A DNA stretch of 64,000 bases from Deltaproteobacteria bacterium. Its GTDB lineage: Bacteria > Myxococcota_A > Polyangia > Fen-1088. The notes under the pieces are model-generated. The model did no database searches and had not been told where the DNA came from. It saw only the letters and a program-made list of their open reading frames with translations. The position numbers and the translations under genes were made by a program. Shown here one piece after another: positions 1 through 8,405 of the stretch (position 1 is its first letter; each line of letters begins with the position of its first letter). Where the stretch lies: contig JANRKS010000032.1 in the NCBI GenBank assembly GCA_033763315.1, positions 256,001-320,000 of the forward strand, in the 5' to 3' direction.

Positions 1-3000
1 CAACACGCGCATCGCTTCACGATCATCAGGCGCATCGTCGACGATCACGCGGTAAAGCGATCGTGCGCGCGCCTTGTCGCCCAACGTCTCCAACGCCAAT
101 TTGGCGGCCTTGCGCCGCAGCCCTCGCACCAACGCCGTGGGCAATGGCCAGCCGCTCAACTCCACCTGCAGATTCACGGCACGCAGGGCATCGGCTTTGC
201 TCCCGCTGCTCAACCACAGCGAAGTCAGCGCGCTTGTGGATTGTTCCACCGCGGTGCCCACGTCAACTTTGCCAGCCGGCGTAGCGTCAGTGCGCATGAG
301 GTGCGACGCTTGTGCCAACAGCGCCAAGGCGCGCTGGGTGATCAGCGCGGCGTCGGCCAACGGATCTTGGGCCACACGCAAGGCTTCGCTGCCTGCATCA
401 AGGGACTCAGGCGCCAACGTCATCAGGTGGCAAAGCGTGGCGAACAGGGGCTTGCCCGGTTGCTTGCGCTGGGTTTGCGCCAAGCGCTCCCACGTGGGCG
501 TGTGCGTGGGGCTTTGCTTTGCGGCCCGCACCAACGCGGCTTCCATGCGCGCCTGTGCTTCGGGCGCGTGCGTTTCACACCAAGCCGCAATTTGCAGTTC
601 AAGATCGCGCGCCAACGCTTCGGGCAAGCCCGTGCGTTTGGCCAACGCTTCTGCCAGCGCATCACAGGCGGGCAGCCAGGCACCGGCGTTCTTGATCGCG
701 GCCTCGAACGCCGGCAACAACAAACCTTTCACAACCTCCGTGGAGGCGGGCGTGCGCAACATGGCTTCCGCCGCCACGGCCCATTGCTCAAGCCCTCCGG
801 CCACGCGCACCACCGCCAACTTGACCGCGGTGCGGTCGGGAGCGAGGCTCAGTGCCGCTTGGTAAGCGGCCAACGCCGCCGGCGCATCGTGCGCTTTGTT
901 TTCAAGGCAATCGCCTTGCGCCAGCCGCAGATTCAACTTGCGTGATTCGCCGTCGCTCAAGGCGGACGCGGCCTTGCCCAAGACATCTGCCGCGGCCTTC
1001 CACGACTCGGAGCTATCGCAAAGACGCAAAAGCTCGATCTCTAGGTGCGCGTTGTGGGGTGTGAGCACCAACGCTTCGCCCAACAGGGCGCGCGCCGTGG
1101 CATCATCGTGTTCCGTGCTTTGCACCCGCGACGCAAGCTCTGCCAGTACACGAGATTTGCTGGCCGGATCGGCGAGCACATTCAGGCGCTTGTCGGTCAG
1201 CGCGAGCAAAGCCGGCACTTCGCCAGCCACATCGAAGGCGCGGGCCAGCGCCGCCACGGCCGTGCGGCTGGCCAGTGGGTTTTCGAGCAGCGCCTGCAAG
1301 CCCGCACGCGCGCCGGCTTCCTTGTGGTCCAGCTGCAAAGCCACGGCGTAGGCTTCGGCGGCCTCACGGGGGCGTTCAAGGTGTAAAGACAGCACGTCGC
1401 CCAGCTGCACATAAGCGTTCACAGAACGCACGTGGTCTTGCTTTGCGATGCCGCCCAAGCGATCGGCCAAGGCGTCCCACTGCTCTTGTTGCGTGTAAAG
1501 CTCGATCAGGCTCTCGGCGGTTTCGACGCTCACGCCAAATCGACGCTCGATCTCAAGCCACGTTTCCGTGGCGTCGGCTTTGCGATCAAGGGCGTCTTCG
1601 TAAACATGCGCCAGCTGCGCCAGATCGTTGCGCTTGGCTTCGTTGTTTTGCGACAGTTCGGCGCGCGCACGCAGAACTTCGGTGAGCCGTTCCCACTGTT
1701 TGGCTTCCACCAAACCGGTCACCAAAGCGTCAAGCGCGTCGGTATCAGTGGACGACAGCGCCAACCGCGCTTCCCACGCGGCCAAGGCGCGCGGCAGATC
1801 ATTGAGCGCAGTGGCAAGCTTTGCGGCGGTGCCCCAAGCCGCTTGTTTTTCCGCAAGCTCAGGCGCCATCTTGGCCAACGTCTCAAGGGCGGCCAACCGA
1901 CGCGCGGGCTCCCCGTAGCGAGCCAAAAGCTTCGTCAAGCGTCGCAGCGCTGTGAGGTGGTGGCCCTGATCGGCGCCCGCGTCCTCGGTCACTCGTTGCA
2001 ACAGCGTGATCGCTTCGCTGTGCCGGCCGCGCACATCGTCTTCCACGCGCGCGGCTTCCAGCAGCAGCGCGGCCCGCAAATTGTCGTCGGTGCTCGACTG
2101 TGCGGCAGCCAACAGGCCTTGCACGTAGACATCGAATCGTTCCGCCACTTCGGCCAGCTGCCGCAAGCGCACACGTGCAGGCGCGTCGGTGGGGCTAAGC
2201 GACAACAATTCAACCAACCGCTCCATGGCGGCCACGTTGTAGTCCTGCGCCGTCAATCGCTCAGAGGCTTCGCGCAGCAGCCGCAGCTTCTCTTCGCCTG
2301 AAGCAAACTCATGGGCCGTCTCAAGCGCCTCCACAATGCGGGCTTTTTCACCCAGCCGCTCGTAGTCGTTGCGCAACAACGCCAGCGCCGTTTGGCGCTG
2401 CTCAGGCGCAGCGTCAGGCATCTTCAAAATGCGTTCAAGCACTTTGCACGCGGCATCGTCTTCGCGCGCCTTAAGCAGCTGCTGCGCATCGAGCAGCGCC
2501 CCGGCGACGTTGCCCAAATGATCCAGGCGCAAGTTCGCGAGGCGTGCGCGCATCTCGTGTTGTTCCGCGCCCACGAGCGTGTCTAGGCGGGCCACCCACA
2601 ACGTTTGCAGATCTTCCCAACGTTGTTCTTTGTCGAGCAGACGTTCCAGCGAGGCCGCCAAATGCGGATCGTTAGGGCGGCTGCGAAACAATTCATTGAG
2701 GTATCCGATCGCGCGATCCGCGCTGCCCAAAAAGTCTTTCGCAACACCGGCGGCTTCTTCCAGAAGCTTGCGGCGGCGCGGGCTCTCTTTGAGGCCTTTG
2801 AGCAGCTGGTCGTAAACGCTGAGCAGCTCCTCCCAGCGTTGGGACACCGACAGCAACAAGGTCAGCCGTTCGGCGGCCCATTCAAGCTCCGGCGCCTTTA
2901 GCAGCAAGCTGCGCAGCAGCTCGATGATCTCATCAGGTGTATCGCCAAACCATTCTTCGTAAAACGAAAGCGCGCGTTTGCCAAGCGTGTCGGCCACCTC

Positions 3001-3246
3001 AACGCTGGCCGTTTTGAGCACTTGCCGGTAAAGCTCGGCGACGTCTTCAGGACGTTGGCGGGCGGCCGCAAGATCTTCAAGCGCGTCCCAGGCGGTGTCG
3101 TCTGTGGGATGCGTGGCCGCGCGGTTTATCGCGGCTGCCAATGCATCGTTTTCAGGACCAGCGGCGCGGGTCATTTCGTCAGAAGGGGCCATCTTGGAAT
3201 CCTTGGAATCCGTGGAGCGCGATGTTCGAGGGTCTGTGAACGTCAT
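1..3246 (-). CDS. Very large TPR/alpha-solenoid repeat protein, myxobacterial type (runs off the left edge, 3' partial)
   Basis: Absent from the ORF track, presumably because its stop lies outside the window. Both ends translated by hand in the same frame: ATG at 3246 (AGGGG upstream) gives MTFTDPRT...DTAWDALEDLAAARQRPEDVAELYRQVL...QRWEELLSVYDQLL; the left edge reads ...APDDREAMRVL. Ala/Leu/Glu/Arg-rich helical repeats. Confidence 0.8.
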   Translation of the reverse strand, partial: MTFTDPRTSRSTDSKDSKMAPSDEMTRAAGPENDALAAAINRAATHPTDDTAWDALEDLAAARQRPEDVAELYRQVLKTASVEVADTLGKRALSFYEEWFGDTPDEIIELLRSLLLKAPELEWAAERLTLLLSVSQRWEELLSVYDQLLKGLKESPRRRKLLEEAAGVAKDFLGSADRAIGYLNELFRSRPNDPHLAASLERLLDKEQRWEDLQTLWVARLDTLVGAEQHEMRARLANLRLDHLGNVAGALLDAQQLLKAREDDAACKVLERILKMPDAAPEQRQTALALLRNDYERLGEKARIVEALETAHEFASGEEKLRLLREASERLTAQDYNVAAMERLVELLSLSPTDAPARVRLRQLAEVAERFDVYVQGLLAAAQSSTDDNLRAALLLEAARVEDDVRGRHSEAITLLQRVTEDAGADQGHHLTALRRLTKLLARYGEPARRLAALETLAKMAPELAEKQAAWGTAAKLATALNDLPRALAAWEARLALSSTDTDALDALVTGLVEAKQWERLTEVLRARAELSQNNEAKRNDLAQLAHVYEDALDRKADATETWLEIERRFGVSVETAESLIELYTQQEQWDALADRLGGIAKQDHVRSVNAYVQLGDVLSLHLERPREAAEAYAVALQLDHKEAGARAGLQALLENPLASRTAVAALARAFDVAGEVPALLALTDKRLNVLADPASKSRVLAELASRVQSTEHDDATARALLGEALVLTPHNAHLEIELLRLCDSSESWKAAADVLGKAASALSDGESRKLNLRLAQGDCLENKAHDAPAALAAYQAALSLAPDRTAVKLAVVRVAGGLEQWAVAAEAMLRTPASTEVVKGLLLPAFEAAIKNAGAWLPACDALAEALAKRTGLPEALARDLELQIAAWCETHAPEAQARMEAALVRAAKQSPTHTPTWERLAQTQRKQPGKPLFATLCHLMTLAPESLDAGSEALRVAQDPLADAALITQRALALLAQASHLMRTDATPAGKVDVGTAVEQSTSALTSLWLSSGSKADALRAVNLQVELSGWPLPTALVRGLRRKAAKLALETLGDKARARSLYRVIVDDAPDDREAMRVL

Positions 3247-3463
3247 GGGGCGCCCCTACGCATCGGCAGCTTGTTGGTGAGACTGAGCTGAACAACGCGC
3301 GCGACATCCCTAACCGTTTCGCCCCCTTGCCGCGGAAAAAAACGTGGCGCAGGGCCCACCAGTTTGCCGCTAGATGCCGCGCACCACAACAACAGGCGTG
3401 CGCAATTGTCGGATGTTCAGTATCGCTTGACGCTGCCATCTTAGGCCCCCAATCTGTTGGGTC

Positions 3464-3952
3464 GTGGCTCCGAAGACTCCCTCAACCGCCGCTGGCACCC
3501 CAATCAAGGTGTTGGGTCGCAACAAACGCGCTCGCCACGACTACCACGTGGAGGAAACGATTGAAGCGGGTTTGGTTTTGGTGGGCAGCGAGGTCAAATC
3601 GTTACGCGATGGCAAGGTGAACCTCACCGATGCCTTTGCCGATTTCTCCAAAGGGGAGGCGTGGCTGCACCAAATGGACGTGTCGACGTACAACTGGGCC
3701 CACACCCGAAACCACGAGGCGCGGCGGCGGCGCAAGTTGCTGATGCACCGGCGCGAGTTGGATCGTCTTGACGGCAAGCTTCGACAAAAGGGCTTCACGC
3801 TGGTGCCGCTTTCAATCTATGAAAAAGAGGGCCGGATGAAGGTGGAGCTGGCCCTCGTTTCAGGCAAGCAGGACTGGGATCGCCGCGAGGACATGAAAAA
3901 GCGCGACGCCAGCCGCGAAATCGATCGCGCGATGTCGTCTCGGCGACGGTAA
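3464..3952 (+). CDS. smpB: SsrA-binding protein SmpB
   Basis: NKRARHDY, EAGLVLVGSEVKSLR, RRRKLLMHRREL, GFTLVPL, GKQDWDRRE motifs. Confidence 0.97.
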   Translation: MAPKTPSTAAGTPIKVLGRNKRARHDYHVEETIEAGLVLVGSEVKSLRDGKVNLTDAFADFSKGEAWLHQMDVSTYNWAHTRNHEARRRRKLLMHRRELDRLDGKLRQKGFTLVPLSIYEKEGRMKVELALVSGKQDWDRREDMKKRDASREIDRAMSSRRR

Positions 3953-4009
3953 CGAGCCCTCGTTTTAGGCCCGCCCGGATCCTGCCGATGGTAGGGGAGG
4001 ACCGTGTTT

Positions 4010-5170
4010 ATGCGCCCTTTTGCGCCCCTCCTTCTCGTTCTGGTGGCTTGTGGTCGTTTGGGTGTGGAATCCCTGGCCGTGGGCGACGCATCCACGGACG
4101 CAGAGCTTGGGCGAGGCTCGCGGGGAGAGCCCGGCGACGATGGCGGCGTGTTTGATTTGGACGGCTTTACGCCCGTGCCTAACGCGGACGACGACGCCGC
4201 CGCGCCCGCTGGCGGTGGGTCGTTCGGCAGTGGAGGCTCCTCTGGAGCCGGCGGCGCTGTGGCCACGGGAGGCACGCCGGGCACGGGCGGTATGAGCGCC
4301 ACGGGAGGTTCGCCGGGCACAGGAGGCATGAGCGCCACGGGAGGCGCGCCCGGCACAGGTGGGGTGGCTGCCACAGGAGGCACCCCTGGAACAGGCGGGG
4401 TGGCCGCCACGGGAGGCACGCCCGGCACAGGCGGAGTGGTGGCCACGGGAGGCACGCCCGGCACGGGTGGCGTGGTTTCGGCGGCGCCATCGGCAGCCAT
4501 CGCTTCGTATTACGGCTCTTGGATCGGCTCAGCCCGCAACGCCAGCCTGACCTACCCGGTGGAGATCGCCGTCGTCGACCGCAACCCCAACGAAAAGCTT
4601 GGCCTGTTTCACATCCCCTCGTTTGACTGCGGCGGCATCACGACGCTAAGCACCTTAGGCACCACGCTGGTCTACAAAGAGACGCTGCTGTTCGACGCGC
4701 GCTCAAATTGTGGACCGGCCGGTACCACAACGTTAACACCCACCGGCTCGGGCACGTTGGACTACGCGTTCTTCGATGGCAAGAAGACGGACCGCGGCTC
4801 ATTGGCCCGGCGGGCCGGCTACATAGGCCCCAGCCCCACCTCGTGGCTCAACGTAAGCTCGCTGTGGAGCGGCTCCACAACGAACCTCAACCCCGGTGGG
4901 GTGCAGACCGTGTATGTGGCGCTGTTTCCGACGAAGGTAGGAAACATTGGGGGGCACGTGGTTTATCCCAGCAAGCGCTGCGGCGGCACGTTGACGCTCA
5001 CCGGGGTTAACGGGCAAACGTTGACGTACGTGGAGAAGCTGTCGCACGCGATCGCAAGTTGCACGGATGGCAACACCGTGACGGCCACGTCGAACGGCGC
5101 CGGGTTGACGTACACGTGGTCGGCAGGCACGGGCGCCAGCGGCTCGGGTACCTTAAGTCTGTTCAAATAG
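4010..5170 (+). CDS. Predicted lipoprotein with Gly/Thr tandem-repeat linker and two similar C-terminal beta domains
   Basis: GGGGAGG RBS; lipobox LVAC; 12-aa repeats; two ~105-aa units, each with W..G, P..CGG..TL, L.Y.E.L and a second Cys. Confidence 0.8.
   Translation: MRPFAPLLLVLVACGRLGVESLAVGDASTDAELGRGSRGEPGDDGGVFDLDGFTPVPNADDDAAAPAGGGSFGSGGSSGAGGAVATGGTPGTGGMSATGGSPGTGGMSATGGAPGTGGVAATGGTPGTGGVAATGGTPGTGGVVATGGTPGTGGVVSAAPSAAIASYYGSWIGSARNASLTYPVEIAVVDRNPNEKLGLFHIPSFDCGGITTLSTLGTTLVYKETLLFDARSNCGPAGTTTLTPTGSGTLDYAFFDGKKTDRGSLARRAGYIGPSPTSWLNVSSLWSGSTTNLNPGGVQTVYVALFPTKVGNIGGHVVYPSKRCGGTLTLTGVNGQTLTYVEKLSHAIASCTDGNTVTATSNGAGLTYTWSAGTGASGSGTLSLFK
4250..4465 (+). repeat. Six 36-bp coding tandem repeats (GGxxATGG[TSA]PGT)
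   Basis: Directly visible in DNA and protein: GGAVATGGTPGT, GGMSATGGSPGT, GGMSATGGAPGT, GGVAATGGTPGT x2, GGVVATGGTPGT. Confidence 0.95.
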
Positions 5171-5172
5171 CG

Positions 5173-5526
5173 TTAGGCAAGCTGCAGCCCGCAGTCGGGG
5201 CAAGCGCCGTCTTGCAACGCGGCCGTCGAAGCGCACGCAGGGCAGGGGGGCTCGCCATCTGTGGCCGCGCCCGTGGCCACGAAGGTGCCTTCACGTTCAA
5301 GCGCTTGGTTCCATTCGTGTTGCATAAGCGCGGCGACCCGCGGCACTTCCGCGGGTGGCACGACCAGATGAATCTTCGGACCGCAACCGCAGCCACCACC
5401 CGTGTCACACGCTTCTTGCGCCCACAACGCGGCTTCAATGCCCTGCGCTTCGCAGGCCTGCAGCAAGCGCTTGAGATCGGTTAACGGGCCCGACATACAC
5501 GGCACCCAATCAGCTCTGTCAGTCAC
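5173..5526 (-). CDS. Small hypothetical protein with C-terminal zinc ribbon
   Basis: CPAC...CPDC pair at the C-terminus and a CDTGGGCGC cluster mid-protein. Confidence 0.75.
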   Translation of the reverse strand: MTDRADWVPCMSGPLTDLKRLLQACEAQGIEAALWAQEACDTGGGCGCGPKIHLVVPPAEVPRVAALMQHEWNQALEREGTFVATGAATDGEPPCPACASTAALQDGACPDCGLQLA

Positions 5527-5557
5527 ATGCTGATGGTAGCACCGCGCGTTCGAAACG

Positions 5558-5585
5558 AAAAAGCCACAGCGCAGGCCGTGGCTTC
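5558..5585 (-). terminator. Probable intrinsic terminator after the CBS gene
   Basis: AAGCCAC(A)GC-GCAG-GC(C)GTGGCTT hairpin with an A-run on the left (U tail on the minus strand), just past the CBS stop. Confidence 0.6.
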
Positions 5586-5603
5586 GGTGGCAGCGGTGCT
5601 GGC

Positions 5604-6026
5604 TTAAGCGGCGCGCAGGCCGTTGGCGGTCACCTTCTTCGCTGCCTTCAAGGCGGCCGCGGTGAAGGGCGCGTCCATCGCAAACAACAGCCCGAGGAAC
5701 TGGCCACCGTCGTCGATCACGGCGATCGAGCTTGTTCCGTAGTGAGACAACGTCGCTTCAGCGTCGCCCAAGGCATCCGTGGGGCGGCAGCTTGGCGCTT
5801 TGCGCGCCATCACGTCTTCGATCGACATCGCGTGCGAAGCGGTTGACCAACGACGAAGTGCGCCGCGCGCGGCATCGGCCGCCACCATGCCCACCAAACG
5901 TCCCTGGCGGCTCACGACCGGCAAGCTATCCAGTCGATGGTCCATCATCTTCCGCAACGCCGTCTCCACAGAGTCTGTGGGGCGGCACACTGGCACCTTA
6001 CGATTCATCACCTTGTCGACGTTCAT
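5604..6026 (-). CDS. CBS domain pair protein
   Basis: VDKVM...LPVV...GRLVGMV and IEDVM...IAVIDDGGQFLGLL tandem CBS motifs. Confidence 0.9.
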   Translation of the reverse strand: MNVDKVMNRKVPVCRPTDSVETALRKMMDHRLDSLPVVSRQGRLVGMVAADAARGALRRWSTASHAMSIEDVMARKAPSCRPTDALGDAEATLSHYGTSSIAVIDDGGQFLGLLFAMDAPFTAAALKAAKKVTANGLRAA

Positions 6027-6287
6027 GGCAGTTTCCTTACGCGGGCTTTTCGTTCGGAAGCTTACGGTTGCGACTTAAGACGAAATCACATGCCGGACGC
6101 GGTTTTTCCGAACGCCAACGCAGTGTAGAGGAGCGGTTGTAACGGGACTGCCAAAGCTGTGTTGCTATTGAGTAAAGCATTGCAAAAACACGGAAAAACA
6201 CCGCAGAACTTGCGCACGCGTGTAGGCAAAGGAAGGCCTTGGCGCACGTTGCCGCCTGGTGAAGATCGTTGTAGGTGGCGCTGCAAT

Positions 6288-8261
6288 ATGTTTACTCGCG
6301 AACGTGGAAGCCGTTGGTGTGGGGTGTTTATGGTCTTGAGCATGGCCGTGGCGTGCTCACTGCCTCCTGACGAGGAGGAGGATCTCGCTGCCTCTGAAGC
6401 CCTCGAAAGTGGAGGCGCGGGTGGCGCCGGGGCGGTCGGCGGCGACACGCCCTCGGGCGGCGGCGGAAGTTTCGTCGGCACGGGTGGAGCGGGCACCGGG
6501 GGGGGCTCTGGCGGCACAGCAGGCTCTGGCGGCACAGCAGGCGGAGGCGGCACAGCAGGCGGAGGCACGGCGGGTGGCGGCGCCGGAGGCACGAGTACCA
6601 CTGGTGGCGTCGACATCGACGTTGATCGAAACCGCAACGACAGGGTCGACGACCTCATCGACGATCCGGACGAAGAGCTTCCCATTAAATTTGTGGAACG
6701 CTTGGGGGCGCTTGTTCTGGTCAACTGCGACAGCGATGTGGGACGCACGGCGCGTGACATGGAGGACTTCGACATCGCGGGAGCCGACGACCTGCAGGAT
6801 CTTTCGCCGTTGTCGCTTGAACTCAAAGAAGATCTCAAGCCCAGCGAAGAATTGTGGCTGGTGCTCAAGTCGAAATCTGCTGACGGCAAACTTTGGATCA
6901 ACGTCCTCGATTCGTGGGGTGGCAAGGACAAAGTTTTGGTGGGACCTACGCCTCACGTCGCCGAAGTCAGGCTCGACAACCTTTCTATCGAAGGCAGCGC
7001 CGTCATCTTTCCGGGCGGAACCAAACAGCGCTACAACGACCGCTTTTACATTGAAGGGCTCAACTTCAACAAAGAGATGGAGTTGACCCTCGAAATTCGC
7101 GGCGGCGCGTCTGAAATCAAAGACGTTGTACGCGTGCGGACCACGCCTTGGCTGGCAAACAACAACACGCAGCCTCTGGCGACACCTGCGGCGTGGTCCA
7201 TCCCCGCGAATTTGGCGAATTCAGACTCATACAGGTTCTTGCAAGCGCACGGCGCCACAATGCAAAGCGCGGGTACGGCCCTCGAATTCGTTCAAGACTC
7301 AGTTGAATGGGGTTTTCAGGTGCGACGACGCAACGATGTTCCTGGCTTCTCCCGAGCCATGATCACAGGCTTGCGCTTGTATTCTAAGTGGGAAGACAAA
7401 CACCCTCTCACCCAGTACCTAAGCGCTAAAGTGGGCGTCTATGGCTATGCGACTACGGGCAACAGCGCTGTGTCTTTTGAGCCTTACATTGATCCACCAC
7501 ATTTTACCGATGGCAGTGGCGATCAAGGCGGAAACCTAGAGTGTCTGCCTCCCTCTGTCGCATTTCCCTTCGGTCGCTTGGTTTATGGCGACACGATGTC
7601 GACTGTGCTCCGCGATTTTCTGGCGGCCCAAGAAGTGCAGACCTCGGGTGCGGGCCCTGTGGTGCTGCCCGTGAGCAAGCTAAGCCTGGCGCATGTCGAT
7701 GAGGTCCTGTTTATCGCGCCTGCCAAGAATGCTTACATTGTTGGCATGCCCGATTGGGTGCTGGGTTCCAAGCTCATGGGGAGGTCGAAGAGCGTTCAAC
7801 ACAACGTTCGTCTGGTCGCTCAAGGCGCGAACGATCTTGCCACCTACGGCGACATTCTAAAGTGGCTCAAGAAAGACGGGCAAGCCACGGACAAGTTGTT
7901 CAGCGGCACACTCATCGGGATGCAAAATCAAATCGCAGGTGCCGGTGCGCCCGTGGTGAAGTTGCCCGGACTGTTTTTGGAGGCCGCGGGCGATGTCATG
8001 AATTCTGACAGCCTGCGGGGCTTTCCACGCAACATTGCCAACAGCCAGCCCACCGTGCCTGGCAAATTGGTGGTGTCAGCCCCTCCCAACCAAACAGTAG
8101 GTAAGCAAAAGGAATCCGAGAGCCTCTTCTTACAGGAATGGAAGAAGCTCTTGAAGGCGCAAGGCATCGCCGCCGAGCCTGAGAACATGCGTACGGCGTG
8201 GCTAAAGGGCGGCGAAGCTCATTGTTCGTCGAACACGTTGCGCGAGCCAATTCGTAAGTAG
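6288..8261 (+). CDS. Protein-arginine deiminase (PADI-like, PAD_M + catalytic PAD domain), predicted lipoprotein
   Basis: LVNCDSD...DLQDLS, FVQDSVEWG, GGNLECLPP..FPFGRLVYG, FLAAQEVQ, LAHVDEVL and GGEAHCSSN match PADI motifs in order. ATG 6288 follows AGGTGG; lipobox-like AVAC then a Gly-rich linker. Confidence 0.9.
   Translation: MFTRERGSRWCGVFMVLSMAVACSLPPDEEEDLAASEALESGGAGGAGAVGGDTPSGGGGSFVGTGGAGTGGGSGGTAGSGGTAGGGGTAGGGTAGGGAGGTSTTGGVDIDVDRNRNDRVDDLIDDPDEELPIKFVERLGALVLVNCDSDVGRTARDMEDFDIAGADDLQDLSPLSLELKEDLKPSEELWLVLKSKSADGKLWINVLDSWGGKDKVLVGPTPHVAEVRLDNLSIEGSAVIFPGGTKQRYNDRFYIEGLNFNKEMELTLEIRGGASEIKDVVRVRTTPWLANNNTQPLATPAAWSIPANLANSDSYRFLQAHGATMQSAGTALEFVQDSVEWGFQVRRRNDVPGFSRAMITGLRLYSKWEDKHPLTQYLSAKVGVYGYATTGNSAVSFEPYIDPPHFTDGSGDQGGNLECLPPSVAFPFGRLVYGDTMSTVLRDFLAAQEVQTSGAGPVVLPVSKLSLAHVDEVLFIAPAKNAYIVGMPDWVLGSKLMGRSKSVQHNVRLVAQGANDLATYGDILKWLKKDGQATDKLFSGTLIGMQNQIAGAGAPVVKLPGLFLEAAGDVMNSDSLRGFPRNIANSQPTVPGKLVVSAPPNQTVGKQKESESLFLQEWKKLLKAQGIAAEPENMRTAWLKGGEAHCSSNTLREPIRK
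6504..6557 (+). repeat. Three 18-bp coding repeats (G[SG]GGTA) in the PADI linker
   Basis: ggctctggcggcacagca x2 followed by ggcggaggcggcacagca. Confidence 0.85.
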
Positions 8262-8275
8262 GAGTCAAGCTCGAT

Positions 8276-8330
8276 CCTGCGTTCGCAGCCTTGACGGCGT
8301 TCAAATCGCCGTCGTTGGCTGCCGCGCGGG
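8276..8330. other. Intergenic inverted repeat (stem-loop) between the PADI gene and the next gene
   Basis: GCAGCC-TT-GACGGCG / loop TTCAAAT / CGCCGTC-GTT-GGCTGC, extendable by CCTGCG/CGCGGG; no clean U tract. Confidence 0.55.
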
Positions 8331-8405
8331 TGAGTTTCTTAATGTGGCTGATCGAAATGCCGATGACCGCACCCTGACGGTCTCGAACCGTCCCAATCTC
8401 GAAGG

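Noticed and set aside
74-3291. Many plus-strand ORFs in the track (for example 74-865 and 1432-2301)
   Set aside because: They are antisense shadows of the large minus-strand TPR gene, as expected in GC-rich DNA.
3247-4009. tmRNA (ssrA) or an integration site near smpB
   Set aside because: No tRNA-like GGGG...CCACCA ends recognised on either side, and only about 57 bp separate smpB from the next gene.
4250-4465. 36-bp periodic repeats as a possible CRISPR array
   Set aside because: The units are contiguous, lack unique spacers, are in frame and vary mostly at synonymous positions; no cas genes are present.
6239-6254. Sigma54-like TTGGCGCACGTTGC upstream of PADI (and TGGCATTGGTTTGC near 59616)
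   Set aside because: The GG-to-GC spacing is 8 and 9 nt, not the required 10.
3817-6931. Pro-rich ORFs 3817-4500 and 6086-6931 (and similarly 44951-45391)
   Set aside because: They are reverse-complement readings of Gly-rich linkers in real genes on the opposite strand.
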